Positions 18,858-27,227 of a stretch of 36,923 bases of DNA are shown here, piece by piece. Both the position numbers and the translations under genes were made by a program. Source of the stretch: Nitrospirota bacterium (lineage in GTDB: Bacteria > Nitrospirota > Thermodesulfovibrionia > Thermodesulfovibrionales > SM23-35). The notes beneath the pieces are model-generated. The model had not been told where the DNA came from and did not search any database. It saw nothing but the letters and a program-made list of their open reading frames with translations. Within the stretch, counting starts at the first letter, position 1. Every line of letters begins with the position of its first letter. The stretch lies in the NCBI GenBank assembly GCA_040753575.1, contig JBFMEC010000004.1:1-36923 (forward strand), given 5' to 3'.

Positions 18858-21578
18858 TTGATATTTGAGAGTCCTTTTCAGATAATGGATATAAATAACA
18901 TGACTGAAAATACTATTCAAGCACTATTTCTAAGGGCTGTCTCGGAATACGGTAGAAATATCATCTTCAGTTATTTCGACACAAAATGGAGAGAGATCAC
19001 TTACGATGAACTTCTGACGTGGACAAAAAGGATCGCCTCCTATCTTTTAGAATCCGGTATAAGCGCGGGAGATAGGATCGCAATCATTGCCGAAAACCGA
19101 CCCGAATGGTGCGCTGCCTATCTTGCCATATCGATGTCTGGTGGAATTGCTGTTCCCATAGATGCCCAGCTAGGGTCAGAGGAGATCAGAAATTTCCTTG
19201 CCGATTCTGAATCAAAGGTAGTCTTTCATAGTTCAAAGACCCAAAAAAGTGTAAAAAAGGCAGTTGAAGAACTTCTTTCTTTTCACTCTGCACTTCTCAC
19301 TTTAATAGATTTTGATTCTCCTGAATTTGAAGAGATCAGTAAAACCAGAGAAGTAAGTAGTTATCCGGAAGTTTCAGAAGAAGATGTAGCATCCATTATC
19401 TATACATCGGGAACAACGGGGATACCAAAAGGAGTAGAGCTTACGCATAAGAACTTTTGTTCAGATGCTGAAGCTATAGCAGAGGTCAGCATTGTTACAG
19501 AGAAAGACAATGTGCTGGCCGTGCTGCCCTTACATCATACCTATCCATTCATGTGCACCTTCATTGCTCCTCTTTTTCATGGTGCTTCCGTTATATTCAC
19601 ACCAAGTTTGAAGGGTCCTGAACTTTTATCAACCATAAAGGATAAAGCGGTAAGCGTTCTCATCGGAGTACCACAAATGCTGGAACTGATAAGAAACGGC
19701 ATCGTGAACAGAATAAAGCAATTACCCGGACCATTCCCAAAAATAATAGACAGTCTTTTAAGACTCTTCTGGAATCTCAAGCAATATCCTGGTATAAATC
19801 CCGGCAGGTTAATCTTTAGATCAATCCACCGAACCTTCGGAAAGAACTTCAGGTTTTTTGCGAGCGGAGGTGCAAAGCTTGCTCCGGCGGTGATGAAAGA
19901 CCTTGAGGCCCTGGGATTTGCCGTTGTTGAAGGTTATGGCCTCACTGAGACTTCGCCCGTTGTCACCTTCAACCCTATTAAGAAAAGAAAACCCGGTTCT
20001 GCGGGCAAGCCTCTTCCCTCTGTAGAGATAAAGATAGTAGATCCCGAAACTCATAAAGAGTTAGAAACGATGAAAGAAGGGGAGATTGCCATACGAGGTC
20101 CTATGGTTATGAAGGGATATTACAGGAATCCTCAGGCGACAGAAGAGGCGATAAAAGCTGGATGGTTCTTCAGCGGTGATCTGGGATACCTAAACAAAGA
20201 AGGCTATTTGTTCATAACAGGAAGATTAAAGGAGGTAATTGTTCTAACTTCAGGAAAGAATGTTTATCCCGAAGATGTGGAAAGACAGTATAAGGGGATT
20301 CCTCTTATAAAGGAGATATGCTTAATAGGTCTTGAAGAGAAGGGCCTTGTCGAATCTCTTCATGCAGTGGTAGTGCCGGATTTCGAATATGCAAAGAAAG
20401 CACGGATCGGTAATTTACAGGAAGCACTGAAATGGCAGATAAATAATATTTCCCTCCATTTGCCTCCCTATATGAGGATAAAGGGTTTCACCATTTATCC
20501 AGACCCTTTGCCAAAAACTCCCCTCGGCAAGGTCAGGAGGTTCATGGTAAAGGACCTGATGAAGGTCAGGGCTGAAGAGGTAAAGGTGAAGGGAGAAGAC
20601 AGGAGGCTCATGGAAGATGAGATAGGCAGAAAGGTCGTTGAATGCATAACGCCATTACTTAAAGAAAAGATCCCGATTCATTCAACGGATAACCTCGAAC
20701 TTGATCTTGGTCTTGACTCTCTTGCCAGAATAGAACTTGTGGTTTCGCTCGAAAGGGCATTTTCAATGAAACTCCCTGAAACATTTGCCTCAGAAATACA
20801 GACCGTGGAAGAACTCGTCAGCAAGATAAAGGAATATGGCACCCCTGTGGCTATCGGAATCGAAAAGATGCCGGAGTGGAAAGAGATATTAATTCAAGAA
20901 CCGAGTCTCGATGAAAGGGAAAAGGTCGGCTTTCATCACGGATTCCTAGGATGGTTCATAATCCTGATCTGCCTGATAACAATAAAATGTTTTTTGAAGA
21001 TATTTTTCAGACTGAAGGTGGAGGGTCTCGAAAATCTGCCTGAAAAGGGGCCTTTTATAATCGCCCCAAACCATACGAGCTATCTTGACGGGTTCAATGT
21101 TGTTGGCGCGCTTCCCATAAAATCATTCAGGGATTTCTATTCTCTTGGTTTTCAAAAATACTTTACGGGCAGACTTAAAGAGTCCTTTGCAAAACTTGCC
21201 CATATTATCCCCATAGACCCTGAAACCTATCTTAGCAAGGCATTACAGATGGCTTCCTATGTCCTGAGAAAAGGGAAATCTCTGTTGATATTCCCTGAAG
21301 GAGGAAGATCCTATGATGGTGAATTAATGGAATTCAAAAAGGGAGTCGGAATCCTATCACTGGAACTCAATGTGCCTGTCATTCCAACTTATATCAAAGG
21401 CTCCTTCGAAGTTCTTCCGAGGGGCGCTATATTCCCGAAGTTCAGAGAAATGAAGGTCATCTTCGAAAAACCCCTTTTCCCATCCGAATTAGACCTATCG
21501 AAAAAGCCAGAGGAAATAGACAAATATCAGTTCTTTGCCAATGAACTGAGGGAGAGGGTAAAGAGTCTGAAACGATAA
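18858..21578 (+). CDS. Long-chain acyl-CoA synthetase - acyl carrier protein - 1-acylglycerol-3-phosphate acyltransferase fusion
   Basis: YTSGTTG.PKG and GYGLTE (AMP-binding), DLGLDSL (phosphopantetheine Ser), NHTSYLD and FPEG (PlsC). The true start may be ATG 18886 or 18900. Confidence 0.92.
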   Translation: MIFESPFQIMDINNMTENTIQALFLRAVSEYGRNIIFSYFDTKWREITYDELLTWTKRIASYLLESGISAGDRIAIIAENRPEWCAAYLAISMSGGIAVPIDAQLGSEEIRNFLADSESKVVFHSSKTQKSVKKAVEELLSFHSALLTLIDFDSPEFEEISKTREVSSYPEVSEEDVASIIYTSGTTGIPKGVELTHKNFCSDAEAIAEVSIVTEKDNVLAVLPLHHTYPFMCTFIAPLFHGASVIFTPSLKGPELLSTIKDKAVSVLIGVPQMLELIRNGIVNRIKQLPGPFPKIIDSLLRLFWNLKQYPGINPGRLIFRSIHRTFGKNFRFFASGGAKLAPAVMKDLEALGFAVVEGYGLTETSPVVTFNPIKKRKPGSAGKPLPSVEIKIVDPETHKELETMKEGEIAIRGPMVMKGYYRNPQATEEAIKAGWFFSGDLGYLNKEGYLFITGRLKEVIVLTSGKNVYPEDVERQYKGIPLIKEICLIGLEEKGLVESLHAVVVPDFEYAKKARIGNLQEALKWQINNISLHLPPYMRIKGFTIYPDPLPKTPLGKVRRFMVKDLMKVRAEEVKVKGEDRRLMEDEIGRKVVECITPLLKEKIPIHSTDNLELDLGLDSLARIELVVSLERAFSMKLPETFASEIQTVEELVSKIKEYGTPVAIGIEKMPEWKEILIQEPSLDEREKVGFHHGFLGWFIILICLITIKCFLKIFFRLKVEGLENLPEKGPFIIAPNHTSYLDGFNVVGALPIKSFRDFYSLGFQKYFTGRLKESFAKLAHIIPIDPETYLSKALQMASYVLRKGKSLLIFPEGGRSYDGELMEFKKGVGILSLELNVPVIPTYIKGSFEVLPRGAIFPKFREMKVIFEKPLFPSELDLSKKPEEIDKYQFFANELRERVKSLKR

Positions 21579-21588
21579 GACCCTTTCT

Positions 21589-21743
21589 TTTTTCCTCATC
21601 CTAAAATAATCGGATTCCCTTTAGTCAGAACAATGTCTGTATTTCCTAAACTGCATTATTTGGGTTAGTCGGAACACGCAGTTTCTCAATAGCTTCCACC
21701 TTATTCAAAAGACATGAGATGATGTCTCTGCTGCCAGGTGTGT
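21589..21743 (-). pseudogene. Remnant pieces of a second copy of the MBL-fold nuclease gene
   Basis: 21589-21632 matches 22629-22672 (gene 3' end, 4 mismatches in 44). 21712-21743 matches about 23596-23627 (internal). Confidence 0.75.
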
Positions 21744-21887
21744 CACATAGTCTTCAAACATATCAGGAAAACGTTTTTTAAACTTAAGCGCAATGCCCGT
21801 GCCCATAATGCCGACAGTGTTTACCGTATTTACAAGTGTCTGGCACTTAGATTCAAACAAATCGCCGACTGAAACTTCAATCATCAA
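21705..21887 (-). pseudogene. Truncated macrodomain (DarG-like ADP-ribosylglycohydrolase N-terminus)
   Basis: GDLF...LVNTVNTVGIMG.GIALKFKKRFP matches DarG-type macrodomains. Similarity stops after about 48 aa where the MBL remnant begins. Confidence 0.8.
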
Positions 21888-22237
21888 TCGCCATATAAAT
21901 CATTGAATATTTTTTTAACTGTTTTTTCTAATGGAACTAAATCTTCCTCAATCGTCTGCCAGACAATATTGAGGTCAATACCAAAATATTCATGAATAAG
22001 CTTGTTCCGCATTCCAATTATTTCCTGCCACGGCGCCTCTGGATATTTCTCCCAAATATTCTGTGGAATTTTGTTTGCTGCCTCCCCGATAATTTCTATA
22101 CTTCTCACTACAGCTTTAAAGGTCTTTCTATCTCGAACAAAATTTTCAAACGGCATCCCTTTCGTGAATTCTTTTATATCAGTTATTGATTCCAGTATAT
22201 CATTAAGATAATCCTGCAACAGTCTCTCTTCAGACAT
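21884..22237 (-). CDS. HEPN (DUF86/HepT-like) ribonuclease toxin
   Basis: AVVRSIEIIGEA, PWQEIIGMRNKLIHEYF (RX4H motif). Confidence 0.93.
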   Translation of the reverse strand: MSEERLLQDYLNDILESITDIKEFTKGMPFENFVRDRKTFKAVVRSIEIIGEAANKIPQNIWEKYPEAPWQEIIGMRNKLIHEYFGIDLNIVWQTIEEDLVPLEKTVKKIFNDLYGD

Positions 22238-22523
22238 ACTTTACCTCTTGAAGAATCCTTTTGCCAATATAGGGCTTTAAAGCCTTCTTTGTTACAAGAT
22301 CAACTTTGATGCCGAGTATGTCGGAAATTCTATTTTCCAGTTTTATGAATTTCACAAAACCTATGGGTTTTTCTAGTTCGATAAGAACATCTACATCGCT
22401 GATTTTTTCCTGCTCGCCTCTGACATAGGAGCCGAAAAGCCCAATTTCTTTAACCCCGTACTCCTTCTTCAAGTCTTCCTTGTGTCGCTTAATTATTTCC
22501 TTAATTTCTTCAAAAGTCTTCAC
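22230..22523 (-). CDS. Minimal nucleotidyltransferase (MntA-like) antitoxin
   Basis: GLFGSYVRGEQ...SDVDVLI and KVDLV motifs; overlaps the HEPN start. Confidence 0.93.
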   Translation of the reverse strand: MKTFEEIKEIIKRHKEDLKKEYGVKEIGLFGSYVRGEQEKISDVDVLIELEKPIGFVKFIKLENRISDILGIKVDLVTKKALKPYIGKRILQEVKYV

Positions 22524-22579
22524 TTTGACCTCTTAACCCTTTATAATTATACCCTATTTACAATTGGCGTTATGTAATA

Positions 22580-22624
22580 AACAATCTGGTCGATGAGCCA
22601 GTCGGGTTTACGGAGTTTTTCTTC
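22580..22624 (-). pseudogene. Short remnant of an R-M enzyme C-terminus (copy of about 25350-25394)
   Basis: 24-bp exact match AACAATCTGGTCGATGAGCCAGTC with 25350-25373; reads EEKLRKPDWLIDQIVY. Confidence 0.7.
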
Positions 22625-22635
22625 GACCTTTTTCC

Positions 22636-24201
22636 TCATCCTAAAATAATCGGGTTCCCCTTAGTTGGAACATGCAGCTTCTTTGAATCAATATTTCTTT
22701 TGAAAAACTCGGGGTTCTCCGTATGAACGGGGATGACAAATTGTGGGTCAATAGTTTCGATGAGTTCTAATAGGTCTGGACCCGTAATGTGCCCGGATGA
22801 ATGAAACCCTTGTTCTCCATCAGGCACTTTTCCTGTATTGACATCAGGCACTCCCATGGGCTGCATCTGGAACAGGTTTAGCCAGTTTCTTAGTCTAACA
22901 ATATCGAACTTTTGTTCCTCGTCGAAAGCTTCGCTTGAAGAGTAGATATACATTGTCCCGGGTTCGGGATCAATCTCTATGAGCTCATTGATATCCCAGA
23001 AGCTAAAACAAAGGATATAATCAGCACCATCCTTTTTTACCTCTTGAGGATCAACACATCTGTGTTCATATCTGGCATATACCTGCTCTTCCCATTTATC
23101 GAGGCGCTTTGGCTCCTTATAAAGATAAACTACTTCGTCTTGCTGTGGTGGGATAATCAGGTCTGAAGCCAGCGAAGCAGCTTCCAAAAGATAAATATCT
23201 TTGGCTGTGACTACCAGCTTTCGTTTGCAGTCTTTTGCTATTTCTCGGAATGTTAAAAGGCGCTCAAGATTTCTCGGACCGAAGTCTGCTATAACGAGAC
23301 TGCTGCAGTTTTGAATAACATCAAGTGCTCTGGCATAAACCGTAGCTTCATCAATAGCACTATCCACATCGACATGAGTGCCCTCACAAATCAGAGCAAG
23401 GGGGTTCAGAGCTCTGGCTGCCTCTGCAAATGCTCTGGTAAGTGAGCTATGTTTGCCATGTGTTCTTAAATCCCCTGTATAAACGACCCTACCCTGGCTT
23501 GTTTTCAAGGCAAAAGCTGTGGCGCCGAATATTGAATGGTCTACCGGGAATGCTTTAATTGGCAAGCCCGCAATGGTTTCTACCTTGGTCAAATTACATG
23601 AGACAATATCTCTGCTGCCAGGTGTGTTTCCCCAGAATTTGCATCCTTCTTCAGAAGGGTCAAAATCGCATACCTTAAAAGGACGTTGCTGCGCTTCAAA
23701 TTTCCTATAATTACCTGACTGAAGTAGACCGTCGCTTTCTACTTTAGGAATTAGATAGCATACTTCCTTCTCAAAGTCTGATTTTGATGAGTCTTGGATT
23801 GCCTTAGCAATATATGCGGTACAAAGGCTGGACACTATTGGAATATCTTGACGAAGGAAAGAGATATATCCGCTGTGGTCTAAATGAGCGTGGGATAAAA
23901 GAACCCCATGGAGTTCAATCTTACGGATTGGATAAGGAACACGCACTCTTGACCAGATATCGATAGTCTCTATTTCTAAGTCTTGCCTATAGATACCCTG
24001 TAGAGGAGGTAGCAAGCCCATGTGTAACATGTCGAGCAGTCCTCGCCGAGGGCGTGGGACCAAGTACTCTTCAAAATACTTGTTACGAAGATTAAAATTA
24101 ATGCCGAAGTCAAAAAAGAGGTTAATTCCCCTGTCTTCCAGCAGAATTTTGTTCCCCCCTATTGTATCTGCTCCATCATATACTGTAACAGTGACCATCA
24201 T
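22636..24201 (-). CDS. Metallo-beta-lactamase/beta-CASP nuclease (RNase J-like)
   Basis: IGGNKI, FDFG, SHAHLDH, VDHS, YTGD, HSSGH and IPVH motifs. Confidence 0.88.
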   Translation of the reverse strand: MMVTVTVYDGADTIGGNKILLEDRGINLFFDFGINFNLRNKYFEEYLVPRPRRGLLDMLHMGLLPPLQGIYRQDLEIETIDIWSRVRVPYPIRKIELHGVLLSHAHLDHSGYISFLRQDIPIVSSLCTAYIAKAIQDSSKSDFEKEVCYLIPKVESDGLLQSGNYRKFEAQQRPFKVCDFDPSEEGCKFWGNTPGSRDIVSCNLTKVETIAGLPIKAFPVDHSIFGATAFALKTSQGRVVYTGDLRTHGKHSSLTRAFAEAARALNPLALICEGTHVDVDSAIDEATVYARALDVIQNCSSLVIADFGPRNLERLLTFREIAKDCKRKLVVTAKDIYLLEAASLASDLIIPPQQDEVVYLYKEPKRLDKWEEQVYARYEHRCVDPQEVKKDGADYILCFSFWDINELIEIDPEPGTMYIYSSSEAFDEEQKFDIVRLRNWLNLFQMQPMGVPDVNTGKVPDGEQGFHSSGHITGPDLLELIETIDPQFVIPVHTENPEFFKRNIDSKKLHVPTKGNPIILG

Positions 24202-24461
24202 CCATTCATCTCACAATGACTGCCATTAAATATTGATCTATAATCTTTAGCAAAATATGTCAATTGTTGATTTGTTAGGAAGTTACCGTTTCTTTCATAG
24301 ATAAAATACTTTTTGCATGTCTGCATGCCATGCCCTAAGTTTCTCTGCTGAGAAATTCCGGCAAGAAAGAGATATAGACAATTTTGTATTCATAGAGGGA
24401 ACGAGAAAAAACATATAAATCAAAAACTTATGTACTGCTTTTGGCGAATTCATTTTAAAAT

Positions 24462-25266
24462 TCACACTACTTTTATTTTATAACGCCATTTTATAAATCT
24501 TTCAATTATGCCCTCTGGGATTGCTCTTGGGCAATCAACAGGCATACTTAATACTTCGGTAATTCTCTTTACTAAGGCAGCCTGCCCGAATGGGTATATC
24601 TGCTTTTCAAAAATCATTGCATAGCCCCCTCTTTTAATTATCGCAAAATTGTAACAGCGGCCTAAGTCCTAAATATTCGCAAATTTCTAGTTTAATAGAA
24701 AGTTCATCTTCATCTATATAATCGAACGTATTTTTCACCTCACATCCGTAAACTATTCTGTCTTTTTCTATTATGAAGTCTAAATCATGATTAGTTTTTA
24801 TCCACTTTTTCCCTTTGAACTCATTTATGTCTTGTCCTTGCGAAAAGAAGCCTTTTGCTATTAGCGCGTTAAAAAACAGAACATCTGCTTGTTCTCCACA
24901 AGCCATTGCTATTTCGTGGTGTGAGTATTCTCTAATCACTTGGATAGCCTTTTAGTTGCTCTTTTGTAATACCTATACTTTGGATTAAAAACAAATTTAA
25001 ACCCTTGTTCCTTTTGCTAAAGGAACCTCAACCTCTTCCATCTTCAAACGGCCTTCTTCTATAAGTTCTCTTATTGCTTTTGCGGTTATCCAGTGGAAAA
25101 ACTGTTTTTCAAATGTCACTTCTAATTGCTTAATGTAAAAGACAGCCTGAGGATTTTGTCTGAAAAAACTTTTTAGACTTTCTTTAGCTTCGTCTATCTT
25201 TACATCTCTGGGCCACTCTTCTACATCGTAATAATCACTATAATCATAAAACTCTTCGTCAAACAT
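24462..25266 (-). pseudogene. Frameshifted PD-(D/E)XK nuclease-like gene
   Basis: ORFs 24997-25266 and 24634-24939, plus a C-terminal frame (IIKRGGYAMIFEKQIYP...ERFIKW), join through about three frameshifts. DLDF...CEVKN catalytic-like motif. Confidence 0.65.
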
Positions 25267-25286
25267 CGGTCCTTACGATAGATTAT

Positions 25287-25547
25287 TTATTTGCATAGAG
25301 AATTTTCGACTACTTGAATCTCCCCATCTGTTAGTCCATAGAGTTTATGAACAATCTGGTCGATGAGCCAGTCAGTTTTGTAGAGTTTTTCTTTCAAGGG
25401 CAAAAGTTTTGATAGGGATTTTTCGTATTCGGATCTGATGTTTTCATAAAGCTCCCTGGATTTGAGATTTGCCCCGATTCTGTTTCTGTTTTTCTCCAGA
25501 ACTTTCCAGAAGTCTTCAAAAGATAAATGTTCTTCCCTCTTTCTCAT
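25287..25547 (-). pseudogene. Orphan C-terminal fragment of a type IIG/Eco57I-like restriction-modification enzyme
   Basis: KTDWLIDQIVHKLYGLTDGEIQVVE matches the ID..VY.LYGLT.EEI..VE terminus of that family; no N-terminal part is present. Confidence 0.75.
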
Positions 25548-25649
25548 AGTCTTCTACGTAAGAAAGCTTATTAACCCTATCCAGAGCTTCCTCAACAATC
25601 ATCCAACGTGTAAAAGTCTCAGACATAGATTTATTCAGCAGTAAATACA

Positions 25650-26780
25650 CTAATTATCCCCCAATAACATTTGTATCTCGTTTAATAAAATTACTTCTTT
25701 ATCCCTGTAATGTTCTGGGACGTTCAAAAAATATTCCCATGCATTATTCAATATAAGAACAATACTTGACTTTTGGACAGATGTCGAAGATTGCTGGATA
25801 TATGATTTTAATTGAATTTCCTGACATGCTTTATAAGTATACTTTGCTAAAGATTCAATTAACTGATCGGGATAGCAAAGTCTATATTCCTGTGGTTCAA
25901 TATTACCTGCTATAGACTTATAATGATTCCATTTTTCTTCCATTTTATTATTACCAATTTTTAGTAATCTCATCATTGCAAAGATTCCCCTCATACGTGA
26001 TTCATCTGAAGGATGAATAGCTCCTTCATAAAAACCTGGATAATAAATATTCCGAGTCATTCCAGCACAAAGGCGTAGATGTTGCCAGCCAAAGGCTGGA
26101 CCAGTTATATAAGTTGCAATCATATCTGATATAAATTCCTTGACCCAGCGGTCTTTCCATTGTTCAAAAAGGTGCATATATCCCTCAATATATCTGTTAG
26201 GTTTCTGTTCTCTTTTAACCCGCTGTATTTCGGCTCTGATATAATCTTTCAATTCCTCCAGAAATTTTGTAAGAAGCCTATCTTCGTATTTGTACAATAA
26301 GATATGACCTAATTCATGGCAGAGGTCAGGAAGGCCTAATAGAAAATCTGATTCCAGAGTTGATGAGCAAATCAGATTAAAGTCAGGTTTTGTCCAATAA
26401 TACTGGTTACTAAAACATGCTATTAAAGGTGGTGGTAATGGATAATTTATTTCTTTTACCAGAAGTTTACAAAACCTTGTAATCTTCTGGTCTGTCTTGT
26501 TGTAACGGGTAACGAATGGCACAGGAAAGGATTCGATGAAATGTAATCTTTCAACTAAACGATTATAGTCTTGTAAATGGTTTTGAAGTAGCTGTAAAGC
26601 GCCAAAAGCAGGGTCCTTGAGGATTTGTTGTGCTTCTATAGTTATTTTTTCGAGTCGTTCGATAATTTCACCAATATATTCTCTAACATCTTCATGATAA
26701 CTCTCTTTACTTACTAACAGCCTTAATACATCACATCTACTTAATAAGTCTATCAAAAGTCCTTGAAGGAACTGATCCAC
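25650..26780 (-). CDS. HEXXH zinc-metallopeptidase-like protein (pAgo operon gene 5)
   Basis: LCHELGHILL, downstream KEFISD (third ligand Glu) and HPSDESR, as in M48/ImmA-IrrE-like gluzincins. Confidence 0.7.
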   Translation of the reverse strand: MDQFLQGLLIDLLSRCDVLRLLVSKESYHEDVREYIGEIIERLEKITIEAQQILKDPAFGALQLLQNHLQDYNRLVERLHFIESFPVPFVTRYNKTDQKITRFCKLLVKEINYPLPPPLIACFSNQYYWTKPDFNLICSSTLESDFLLGLPDLCHELGHILLYKYEDRLLTKFLEELKDYIRAEIQRVKREQKPNRYIEGYMHLFEQWKDRWVKEFISDMIATYITGPAFGWQHLRLCAGMTRNIYYPGFYEGAIHPSDESRMRGIFAMMRLLKIGNNKMEEKWNHYKSIAGNIEPQEYRLCYPDQLIESLAKYTYKACQEIQLKSYIQQSSTSVQKSSIVLILNNAWEYFLNVPEHYRDKEVILLNEIQMLLGDN

Positions 26781-26783
26781 TTT

Positions 26784-27227
26784 TCATTTTCTCCACATCT
26801 CTCTAAATATTCGAGAAGTTTCTGAATCCGCTAAAGCACAAAGTTCGTCCAAAAATTTTATATCTTTATCAATAACTTTATCTATTCCAAGCTCAAGGTG
26901 CCTCTGTACTTCTTTTAAGTCCTGAATATAAAAATTAAATTCTCCACTCTTAGCCTCTCTAATCTTTTCGATAAAACTGCCAGGTATACCTCTTTCCACT
27001 TCTTCACCATGAAAATTTCGTGGTTTTTCAAGCAATAATAAATCCTCGATGCCATGTAGGATTTCGCATAGGTTTTCTATATTGGATTCAACATCCCTTC
27101 TATCTATTAATTCACAGCCAGGAAGTTTATAAAACAACTTTTTTACAATAATAGTTGCCTTATTAATCCGTTCTGAAAGATGTGAACTTGTTTTATATCC
27201 ATGAGACAGAATACCTAATTCACTCAT
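26784..27227 (-). CDS. Small, probably all-alpha hypothetical protein (pAgo operon gene 4)
   Basis: 147-aa ORF; its start overlaps the pAgo stop (ATGA) and it ends 3 nt before the next gene. No recognisable motif. Confidence 0.8.
   Translation of the reverse strand: MSELGILSHGYKTSSHLSERINKATIIVKKLFYKLPGCELIDRRDVESNIENLCEILHGIEDLLLLEKPRNFHGEEVERGIPGSFIEKIREAKSGEFNFYIQDLKEVQRHLELGIDKVIDKDIKFLDELCALADSETSRIFREMWRK

Noticed and set aside
21705-21887. Functional DarTG system
   Set aside because: The macrodomain is truncated and there is no DarT gene in the window.
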